Origin: Lama glama
Lineage: Eukaryota
Assembly (NCBI GenBank): GCA_028534125.1
Contig: CM052817.1
Coordinates: 25,298,001 to 25,362,000 of the forward strand
Direction of reading: 5' to 3'
Length of the DNA stretch: 64,000 nt
The number at the start of each line of letters is the position of its first letter. Position 1 is the first letter of the stretch. Below, piece by piece: positions 36,266 through 47,150 of the stretch. Below the pieces are notes generated by a model that made no database searches, was not told the origin of the DNA, and worked only from the letters and a program-made list of their open reading frames with translations. Made by a program: the position numbers and the translations under genes.

Positions 36266-36590
36266 AAGGGCTGGCAAAGGACAGCCCGAAGGCTACATCT
36301 GGCCTGCCACATGTTTTTACATGACCCACAAGCTGTGAATGATTTTTACATTGTTAAATGGTAGGGGGGGAAATCAAAATAAAAGTAATATTTCACAACA
36401 TATGAAATTATATGAAATTCAAATTTCAGTGTCAGTAAAGTGTGACTGGAACTCAGCTGTACCATTCATTTATGTACTGTCTACATCTGGTTTTGCACTG
36501 TATGGCAGGGTTGAGTTGGTACAATAGAGACAGTATGGCCCGCAAATGATAAAATACTCTCTGGCCCTTTACAGAAAAGTTTGTCAATTC
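36266..36590 (+). mobile_element. MER58B-type hAT-Charlie element
   Basis: aatgatttttacattgttaaatgg..tgaaattatatgaaattcaaatttcagtgtc..tctggccctttacagaaaagtttgtc. Confidence 0.88.
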
Positions 36591-36808
<218 letters not shown>

Positions 36809-39524
36809 CCCTAAAGTTCCACTTTCCCAAAGAAACATCTTTTCTATATTTTTTCCTGTTTTGCTTCTATTGGTAGAGGAGGTCTTGCATTATTTTGTGT
36901 TTTCTTAAAATCATATTTTTTCTCTTAAAAGAGTATAGCTTGATCACTGTAGAAATGGAAAGTGGCACAAAAAAATAAAGAAGGTAAACCTCCCCCAATA
37001 AATAATCTTAAAATCCAGAAAAAACAAATGCTAACGTTTTAGTATGTATTCTTTCAATCTTTTTATGGTGCATTTTTCCAATTTTTACAAAATTGGGCTC
37101 ATAATAGCTCATGTTTAGTTTTCTTTCACTTAAATTTAAATTATGAACATTTTCTGCAAACTTTTCAATATTAAAATCAACTAAATGAAATGTTTCTCTC
37201 TATTCCTTGAATAACATCTTATGAGCTATTCTATCACATCACAGAAAATGGTTTTTTTTTTGTCTAGAATAAAAGGAAAAGCAGTTGAAGCCAATTTCTG
37301 GGAGTTTAGAAGAGCACTTCTTGCAGTTTTTTCAAATTACCCAGGATCTTTACATCTGTATTATATCTCTGAAGAAGTAAGACCTTTTTTTTAAATAAGC
37401 AAACCATTAGAAATATGTATTGCTCTTTTCTAGGCTTTGTCTTTTGAATCTAACAGGAGAATGAGAAGCTTTCCAATTGAGGTTTTATTGGTTTCTATGT
37501 TGTTAAGTATAGGATTTCTGCTCGTCTGTAAGACTCTCCCTGTATCTATGTGCAAGTACTAATATGAAACATAACTATGCTTGCAGAGTTATGCCAATTC
37601 CTTCTGTGAGAGTGATTATTACAAAGCATTGCTAATTGCTAGAAGGGTCATATTATTTTATTATCAAAGGACATATATTGAAACTAAAAATTGTTTTGAA
37701 ACCACACCTAGCAACAGGCTCTGGTAATGCATAACTATTATATTTAAGCCAAGTCATTTCCTTAGGCCTAAGTGGCAAAGAATCAACAGAAAAAGGTTAA
37801 AGGATTGGGGGGGTGGGGTGGGGTGGGGCAGGAAATCTTGGTTACCTTGTGTTAGCTCTCCTTGCTATCACAGACGGATATTCTCCAAACTGTTGGAAAC
37901 TAAGCTACATTGAAAAGGAATGGTTTCAGTTCCACACATGGTCCTTATTCTATGCAGAAACCAGAGTTGCTTTTGTTTTACATTACAACTTCTATTATCC
38001 AGCTGGAATTGAGGGACATTTAATCAATTTGAAAAACCAAAGTTTTTACTGTAAGTGAAGCGTACAGAGGGATAGGTCCAGGGATAACCAGAGTGTGGGG
38101 TTGGATTCATTTTGGTTCCCTGAACTATGAAGAGGGCATCAAGTCAGCTTATTGCAGTGAGGACAACCTAGTGATTATCTACGATCCCTAAACCTTAGTT
38201 CACTGAAACCCCCATCTGGGCTTTTTATTGCAATCACAGTGACTTACATGCACACCCCAAAAAAGAAGGAGAGCAAAGAAAAAGTGGGGAAATGGAAAGA
38301 AGGAAGGAAGGAAGGAAATAAGAAAGGCTATTGACTTACCTTTGATTAGCATCTCTGTGTATTTACAGTGGAACCATTGCAGCTGAGGAATTCTTTGATG
38401 ATTTACAGCCAAAAAGAAATTCAACCCCTGTCAACTGAAAATACACGCATGTTTTCAACTGCCCTGGGCTTTCAGTCTTTGCTGCCAGATGTAGTGATGA
38501 AATTAAGGAGATAATTCTTTCCATGAGGAGGAATGGAACAAGGAAACAATGTCCTGAAATGCAGTAAGAATGACCACAGAACTCTGAGGTTGAACTGTGC
38601 TTAAGTGGTCAGACTGCTCACTGACAAGCAGGATGAGAGTGTCCCCCTGGGAAAGAGGGAGCCCCAAGGGCTATGGAAGAGCCTGGCATGAAGAGCCCGT
38701 TGCAGTAAAACTGCAACAAGTTGCAGACCTTGAATTGAGGATGTTCAGCAAAACTGGCTACCTGAAAACACGAGTGCCTTTTAGGTCACATGTAAGGAAG
38801 TTATTTACAAGCCACAGCTCTAATTACCCACCAGAGAGGTTCAGGTAGCTTCTCGTAACTCTGGATATCTCACAGGGTCTTTTAGGATTGATTCATTACA
38901 TCATAGTGCAAATACATTTTCCAACAAGTTTCAAAGCCGTACTTCTTCTGGAAGGAGGAAACTTCTCCCTCCTGTCTGATTTAGCACCTGCATTATTACC
39001 CGGCCTCTTGAAACAAAGCCAGCAAAAGGCAAACTGGGCGATCATGAAAATTATTTTCTAATAATAATTCATTGTTAATATCGAGCTAACTGCGGCTGGC
39101 TCTGTGGTGGGCTGGCTAGGGGCCAGCCATGCTATGGAGAATGGAAGCAAAAGCCCTGTATGGGGAGTTGGCATAACTCAACTTGAAACTGGATTGCTGG
39201 GCTTGGGAGATGAACGGTAAGCCCGGGGCATGACTGGGCATCTCCAAACTCTGCTCCTCACCTCCATCCCCCACCCCCAGTCCACGGTCCTCCATGAGCT
39301 AGTGAACAGGGAAAGAAATCATAGCTACTGCCAACATCTTTTCTCCCAGGGATAGTGTAGGATGTACCTCTGTTTATCACTGTTAATTTTTTGGTCGTTA
39401 AACCCTAACCAGAAAGGTCTTTAGAAGATCCCAAAACGAGCTTACACTGACAAGAAGTGGCAAGGTCAGGATCCTGGCAAGCCGGGTGGGTGGTACCACA
39501 ACTGCTCTCAGCCTCAGGAGGACA

Positions 39525-40190
39525 ATAACAATCCTAGCTAGCTTTATTATGTGCTTAAACACATTCCTCTTTAATCATCACATCGACTCTGTAGGTAGGC
39601 TTTTATTATTCCCATTTCACAGATACAGAAACTGAGACCCAGGAGTTCATGAACTAGCCCAAAGTCACACAGCTGATCCTATGGTGATCATACCTCTGAT
39701 TTTCTGGGCGTATAACCTTTTAGAATAAAGGCTTCATTTTCCAGAGTCCCTTGCAGCTGAGTACAGACACAGACTAAGATCTGGCCAATGGGCTATGAAG
39801 GGAAAGGTATACTATGGGTAACTTCCTGGACTTGCCTTCCCCACCTTGTCCTCTTCTGCCATCCTGCTGCTTGAAATGTTGATGAAGCAGTGAGATATCT
39901 TGGGCCTTACAGTTGGAGGCATCATCCTATGGATGGTGAAACAACAAGATTAAAGGAGACTGATTCCTGATTCTTGACATCCTCCTAGCACAGACCAGCT
40001 CTACCATTCCTGGGCCACCTACCTCAAACCATTAAGTAAGGGAAAAAATAGCCTTCTCTCTTGTTGAAACCTGATATTTGGATTTCTTTCATATAGCTAA
40101 CCTATACCCTAACTTAATTTCAAAGCCGAGCTGGAATTTGAACCCAGTTCTGCCTGATTCTAAAGCCATGTTCTTGTCCACCATGCATCA
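39525..40190 (-). mobile_element. MIR split by the MLT1 LTR at about 39680-40115
   Basis: First half cccatttcacagatacagaaactgagaccc..gcccaaagtcacacagct (to about 39676); continuation gccgagctggaatttgaacccagttctgcctgattctaaagcc (40125-40170). Confidence 0.8.
39680..40115 (+). mobile_element. MaLR solo LTR (MLT1I/J-like) nested in MIR
   Basis: cattttccagagtcccttgcagctgagtacag..ctaagatctggccaatggg..catcctgctgcttgaaatg. Confidence 0.75.
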
Positions 40191-40774
40191 GATGAACAGT
40201 GTGAATTCCTCAAGGGAGAAGGATTTGTAATTCCTTCTTTAAAGCAGAAGATCACTTTTTGACACTTGATTCTAAAGAATAATGTTGTCCAATTAAGAGA
40301 CTGCCTCAGTATAAAACATCTGTAAAATAAAGTTTGCGTGGCATTCCTGGATATCAATGATTCTTAGGCCCAACGATCTCCATGAGATACTCACATTCAT
40401 GGTTTCTATCAAACAAAAGAACCCGAAGACCTTCCCTTTTATTTTTCCGATATGGTTGGAAGTAAGCAGGGTGAGCCTTGAGAAAACGTTACATAGATGG
40501 ACTTGAGGGAAGTTTTTGCTGCTTACCCACCTTCTGCACCTTTTCACCCTTCCCAGAGGTGATTTCTCCCACAGCCCTGGTACCCCAGCCCCTTCCTGCT
40601 GGCTCACCCTCTGCCAAAATAGGAAAGGATATGATATCTGGACTCCATCACTGTGACAGCCGAGCCTCCCTTTTCCTGTACTCTTCTCTCCTAGCCCAAT
40701 AGTGCCAGGAAGAGGCGCCCAGGAGATTTTCAGGACAGAAGCACCAAATTTCCTTCCCTCTTAAGACATGCAGT

Positions 40775-40945
40775 CAAGTTCATGCTCTACCACTTAACTA
40801 GCAGTGATTACTAGCTATGTAACCACCGCCAAGTTCCTGGTCTCTACCAGGAATAGTAACAGATCTTGCAGGGCTATTGTTTGAATTGAGCAAGATGATA
40901 CATGTGAAAGACCTTGGCTCATAATAGATGTTCAATGAATGACCA
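40775..40945 (+). mobile_element. MIR relic
   Basis: gctctaccacttaactagc..gatgatacatgtgaaagaccttggctcataatagatgttcaatgaatg. Confidence 0.65.
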
Positions 40946-41139
40946 TTCTCTGAACTTAACTGGCTCTCCCCTTTTTCCTCCCATGTCTCTCCTGAGCCAA
41001 TAAATACACTCCACATTCCTAGCCGTAATTCCTCTTATTCCACCATTCTCAACAACCAAGGTAGTTTTTAGATGATGCCTTATGTCCTGTAATTGTATCT
41101 TATATTTTAAGTATCCCAGCACATTAGTAATTCACGGGC

Positions 41140-41470
41140 CTGAAAGATTAGGGGATGGTGGTGGTTACAAGAACTCAGACCCAACTGTAACTGTAGCTCG
41201 AGGAGAGGCCATCTGACCACAGCTGTGGCCTTTCACAGAGCAACAGAGTCACTGCCACCTCCTGGCCCAGCAGCAGGGCAGCCAGGGGACTAGATGCCCC
41301 CTTTCCTCTCCCCTGCCTTCTGAGTTCAGCTGGTGCCTCCCATTGGCTGGTCCCAGCCAAAAGCTGGAGGGCAAGAGGCACCCACTGACCCACTTAAGTA
41401 TCTACAGGGCTTGCCTCCTGGGGCCAGAGCAAAGCGGAGAAGGAAGGAGAGCAACTCCCAGCAAACAAAG
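41140..41470. mobile_element. ERVL LTR relic (LTR33-like)
   Basis: ggtgcctcccattggctggtcccagccaaaagctggagggcaagaggcaccc..gcctcctggggccagagcaaagcggagaagg. Confidence 0.6.
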
Positions 41471-41924
41471 CCTGCAGCACAGGAACCTGGGTGCCCATCA
41501 TGCCTTGTCACACTAGTGGGATTGGGTAGAGGCCACATCAGCAAACACGTTAATATGTCTATAGCGAAACATATGAAAAAGTACAGTGTGTCAAATAAAT
41601 AAAGAAGAAACAGCCCCTCATCAGGTCAAGTACTGTTCCCAAATAAAGATGAGCTCCCCAGCCCCACCAGCGGTGCAGGTAAGGAACTGAGACCTGTGCT
41701 GGGAAAGACAGGTATTATGGTAAGTGCTTCCCCAGTTTCTCCCGTGGGCGGGTCCCCTCTTCCTCTCCCAGTCCTGCCAGGGATCTCCCCTCCCTATTCT
41801 GGTGGCCACGCCTAGCACACCTGAAAATGCTCCCGGGAACACAGTCCCAGCAGAGAGGAGGAGAAGGGTGGGACCTGAGCCGCCTGTCCTCACTGGGAAG
41901 ACCACGGGAAGCTGGTCTCCAGAC

Positions 41925-42060
41925 CCTGATCAATAGGGCAGGGGTGCTGGTCCCCCCAGAGGAAGGCTGCAGTGTCTTCTGCTTTGTATGGCCATATGGT
42001 GCACACAACACAGTTGACACTCAATAGATATTTGTCGAATAAGTGGATAAATTAAATAAT
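41925..42060 (+). mobile_element. L2 3' end relic
   Basis: cacagttgacactcaatagatatttgtcgaataagtggataaa. Confidence 0.55.
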
Positions 42061-42384
42061 AAGTTGTATCTTCTTCCTACATTGATCAACCCCTGTGACC
42101 ACAGATTAAAAATAAGTAGCATAGTTAGAATTTGGACTAAATAGCATATGCAGGGTAGACGCCCTTAAGCCCTCTTTAATGCCTCCGTCACAGCCTAAAT
42201 CACCATCTTACTTAAACACAGGGAGTTCCTGATTCAATTCCCGATGCTGCACTCCTGCCCGTTTATTTCTGGGAATCCTTGGGAGTTCATATTTCACAAG
42301 CCTGTTCTGGTTGGTGCATGTCCCTTTGATTGGCCATAACCCCGTCTGCCCTGAGAGCGTTATCTCAAGATGAGTATCTTTCAC

Positions 42385-42612
42385 AATATTAAGAATGCAG
42401 ACTTTGGCATCAGAAAGCCTGGTTTTGAATTCTGGCTCTACCAGGTACTAGCAGTCAATGTATTTAATATCCCTGTGCCTCAGTCTCCTCATCTATAAGA
42501 TGGGGATATCACATCAAAGGGCCGTCTGAAGATTAAATGAAGTAACAGATGTAAGTCACTTAGAAGGGTACCTGGCACACAGTGAGCACTGCATGTATGC
42601 TAGCTGTCATTA
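42385..42612 (+). mobile_element. MIR SINE
   Basis: ttaagaatgcagactttggcatcagaaagcctggttttgaattctggctctacc..tgtgcctcagtctcctcatctataagatgggga..cctggcacacagtgagcact. Confidence 0.9.
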
Positions 42613-43449
42613 TGGTTAGTATCTGGGCCTGATACCAGTCCGTACCAAAGACAGACTGCAGGCTCCATCAAACAGGAATCAGGAGCTGTCAGTCTTCCAA
42701 ATGGCATTTTTCCAGGTTGCAGGAAGTCAAGTCCCCATCAGGCCCCAACTACATCATAAAAAGAAGAAAATAGTTCAAGAGATTTACCGATAGTAGTGAA
42801 TAATTAACATTTAGAGAATTTCAAAAGAACAAAAGGAGAAACTGACCCTCAAGCCACATCACTTCTCTCAACGTATCTATCAAAGGCACAGTCCTTGACC
42901 CAGCAGAAGTCTAGCAATGATTAGCAAGTGATAGATTGAGTCTGTGTAGGTGTTTGAGTTTTCTCTCCTACAGCTTATCTATTTAACAATTGACTGCCCT
43001 CCCTTTCGGCAACTGGAAGAACATTCAAAAAGCATTTGTTGATTTACCAATATTTGTTCTATTCATTCCAAGTCCAATTTGTATTAGCTTTCAGAAAGTA
43101 GCAGCCTTCTCGATGGGTAAAGTGTTACTGCAAACAGACCCATCAACAACGTCCAGAAGGGCATAGTAATCCCTTCTGACACCGATAGTCAATTTAAATC
43201 AGGCAATTTATGGATGTGCACTGTTAGATCTCCACCTACCTGCAACCAGCAGGGCATCGTACCACTAATACGGCACAGTGCACCAATGAAACTCTTTCAC
43301 TAAGTTGAAAGAAAAGGTGAACGGCGCATACTAGGACTAAAAAGTTATAGAAAATTACCTACATATATTTTTACAATTGCCTTAGATATTTTATATAGAA
43401 GGAGAACAAAATTGGATGGAGAATCGTTTATTAAAATGTATCTGCTCTC

Positions 43450-44005
43450 CACTATTTACAATAGCCAAAACATGGAAACAACCTAAATGTCCATCAACAG
43501 GTGACTGGATAAAGAAGATGTGGTATATTTATACAATGGAATACTACTCTGCCATAAAAACCGACAACATAATGCCATTTGCAGCAACATGGATGCTCCT
43601 AGAGAATGTCATTCTAAGTGAAGTAAGCCAGAAAGAGAAAGAAAAATATCATATGAGATCGCTCATATGTGGAATCTAAAAAACAAAAACAAAGCATAAA
43701 TACAGGACAGAAATAGACTCATGGACAGAGAATACAGACTTGTGGTTACCGGGGGGTGGGGGGTAGAGGGTGGGAAGGGATAGACTGGGATTTCAAAATT
43801 GTAAAATAGATAAACAAGATTACACTGTATAGCACAGGGAAATACACACAAAATGTTATGATAAATCACAGAGAAAAAAATGTGACAATGAGTGTGTATA
43901 TGTCCACGAATGACTGAAAAATTGTGCTGAACACTGGAATTTGACACAACACTGTAAAATGATTATGAATCAATAAAAAATGTAAAAATAAATAAATAAA
44001 TAAAT
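43450..44005 (+). mobile_element. Young 5'-truncated LINE-1 with perfect 17-bp TSD and (AAAT)n tail
   Basis: ORF2 end LFTIAKTWKQPKCPSTGDWIKKMWYIYTMEYYSAIK..HMRSLICGI*; TSD aaaatgtatctgctctc at 43433-43449 and 44006-44022; TT/AAAA endonuclease site at 43431. Confidence 0.97.
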
Positions 44006-45349
44006 AAAATGTATCTGCTCTCATCTTGTTTAATTCAGGGATGATGATATGAAATTAAAATAACACATACCCTCCAATAGCTGATGTTTTATCCTTTCAA
44101 GGAGCAAGTCACTGCTAGCACTCTTTACCCGTCCAGAACTTTTAAACTTCATTATCATTTTCTCTATTGATAGACCAATTTTCTAATTCCATAGCAGCCC
44201 GTAGTGTGACATATTTGCCAGTGGGAAGTCAGGACTAAAAATAAAATGTAAGGTGAAGGTGTTGCATGGAGACACTTAAGTCAGGCCTGACTCCTCCACC
44301 CATCGGGAGATGTGAGGGTCTCTGTACCTCGTGTCTCCAAGAACCTGCAGCAGCATGACGTTCAGCATGGAGGCTTCCAAGTTAATATAGTCACCCAAGA
44401 TTTCACATTTAGTCAATTCCCCTTTGCTCTCAAAAGCATATCTCCTTTCTGTAATTTTTTCTTATTTTACTCAAATCAGGAAGTGTTCACTTTACACCAA
44501 AACTTCCCCGTCATTTCATTAAGGAGAAGGAGGTGGTAGTGAGGAGAAATCGAAAGTGGGGAGGGGAGTTGGAGCCGTGTGACAGGGGTACCTCCCTGCC
44601 CCTTGGAAGGACAACCACTGTCTCGATTGCTTATTTGCAGTTTTACCTCTAGGAAGTCTACTTCTATAAATATTTCTTCTCCAACTCCTGAAATCCCAAG
44701 ACCTCTGAACAATTTCTTTCTTTCTTTCTCGCTCTCTTTTTGGCTTTTGATGAATTTGTTACCTGTACAACAAAATGATGCAAGACACTTTCTACAATTA
44801 CCTTAAAAAAAAAAACTAGCAGTACCTGTCAGAAAGCCAAATTGGCTTGATCTTCCAAGCAGACCTGAGATAAAAGGGTAGTTCCGTTTCTCTTACTAAG
44901 ATTAGGAACTGAGGTGTCAAGGGTGACAGCAGTGATGCTCCCTCTGAAAGCATTTCTACTCTTCTGTAGACCACCTTGCCTTCAAATGCAAATTTAAACG
45001 GTCTTCATTAGGAAGTATTAGTTCCCTTTTTAACCTCAAGCATCAATGCCATTTGTTATAGGCAATTACTATAATTGGACCCCGGGCTAACAATACATCA
45101 ATAGAGTAGGCTACTGCCTCATGGGTGTGGTTGTTAGGGTATCCACCCCCTGAAATTCCCACCGCTTAAGGTACTTTCCTTGAATGAAGACACAGTTTTT
45201 CTTTTAATATGCAAATATATAGGTCAGCGAGCTTCATTAACGACTGCTCATCCTCTGGCTCCCCTTCAGTTCCTTTAATTAATTATCATGAAAATGAAGA
45301 CACTTGAAGATTCTGTCTCCAATTCCCATTGCGCCCCCCCAACACACAC

Positions 45350-45725
45350 ACATTGAAGCCTCCTCATCTCTGACTATTGCCCCAAACACCTAACTCATCT
45401 CCCATCACTCAGGTCTCATTTACTAAAGTTATTGGTCAAAGATGTGATCACATCACTGCAGGATAATGGCCAGGTTCCACATTTGCAGTCAAAGTCTTTG
45501 TAAACTACCTTCTAATTTTGCAGCCTTTTCCCAGACACAGGAACCCTACATTGAGATTATAGAAAACCATTTAGCCTGAATCCTTTTGCTCTTACTTGTT
45601 CATGTAGTTTCTCTGACCCAGAATTTCCTTCCCTGCAGTCTAACCCTCTACCAATCTTCCATCCTTAATATCCAACTGATCCTTCAAGATCCTGTCAAAG
45701 CGCCTTTGTAAGCCTTCCTGAGGTC
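45350..45725 (+). mobile_element. L2 relic
   Basis: ctcatctctgactattgc..ctaactcatctccc..gatcacatcactg..atccttcaagatc. Confidence 0.55.
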
Positions 45726-45801
45726 CCTGTTCTTCTCTCTCACCATCATCCACTCATAAATCTGTTTTTCTAGACATTCAATAAAAATAATGGTTTAAAC
45801 C

Positions 45802-46024
45802 AGTTGTTCTTAACTGGACAGTCCTTCACGTCTTCCCCCTGCCCTGCGACCAAGGGACATTTAGCCACGGCTGGAGATGTTTCTGGTTGTCACAACTAGG
45901 GGTGGGGTCTATTGGCATCCAAGGATGCTGTTTAACATCTTTCAATGCACAGGGCAGCTCCTTCCCTCCTATAAAGAATCATCTGGCCCAAAATATCAAC
46001 AGTGCTGAGGCTGAGAAATGCTGG
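45802..46024 (+). mobile_element. MER20 hAT-Charlie element
   Basis: gggacatttagccacggctggagatgtttctggttgtcacaact..aaagaatcatctggcccaaaatatcaacagtgctgaggctgagaaatgctg. Confidence 0.9.
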
Positions 46025-46479
46025 ATGAAACAAATGCATTTATTATTGCTCTACTGCCAAGCCCCATTAAATTGACAGCAAAGGTATTTAGAAAGATCAA
46101 AAATGGAAGAAGACTAAAGTTTAGAAGAGGAGACAAAAGTGGGCCAGAGCTGTCCAAATTTTATATGGAAAGCAGATGGCGAAGTTGAGGACTGCCTTAG
46201 GGTAAAGAAATCATTTAACCTAAATCACTTTGCTCTACATTTGCTCATGTGGCTTCTTTGACTTAGAATTTTCTTCTCTACATTCTAATACTCCAGCCAG
46301 TCTTACAAAGGTCAAAATCCAACTGATTCTTTAAGACTCCATCAAAATGCCAGTTCCTTTGTAAAGCTTTCAAACCCCTGTTCTCTCCTCTCTCCATCAT
46401 CCATTGATGAATTTATTTGCTAGACATCCAATTAAAAAACAGAGATAAAGAAAGTGAAAAAGTGAAGAAAGCTGAAACC

Positions 46480-47150
46480 TAATTCTCTGGGGTCAGGGGA
46501 TGGTGCTAATAAAAGCAAACCCACTTGTATCACAGCACCCTGGAAAGACTCAGAGACTGCAAGCCCAATTTGCAACCATGCAGTGATGGGTAGGGCTGGA
46601 AACATCAGGACTGGTTCAAAACTTTAATGAAAGACAGTCAGATACCTAGACTACTTCCTTCACCCAGAAGAACGAGGCAGCTGCCTTTCTCCCACTGCGT
46701 TTATTCTACAGAGAAACCAAGTGGAATTTTCTGTTTGGACAGAAGAGGGCAAATGCGGAGCTCCCCGTTGAAGTCTAGGGGGTTAAGTGCACACGGAACA
46801 GTGAGACACCTACGCCTTCCCCCGTCTTGACCCCAGAGAATTCTTCTCTAGAGAAACAGAACTTCAATTAAAAAGACTCAGAAATACAGGCACTTGCAAG
46901 TCCCCCCATTTGGGTCCCCTCTAGCTGCCTTTCGGTACAGCCCACAGATCAGTGAATCCTGTGCAGACACAGAGCTTTCATCACCCACTTAGTGCCTCAC
47001 TCTTACCTGTAAATGGGCAACCAAGGATCATGAGACATTTGAGGGAAACTAACATGAAAGGCAGAGACCAAAAATCAAACCAAATAAACAAATGGAAAAG
47101 AAACCCAGAAGAAACAGAATAGTGAGGGTGGAGGGAGCAGAAGAGCCTGA
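46480..47150 (+). mobile_element. Old L1ME/HAL1-like 5' region into the ORF1 start
   Basis: caaccaaggatcatgagacatttgagggaaactaacatgaaaggcagagaccaaaa..gaagaaacagaa..gggagcagaaga. Confidence 0.6.
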
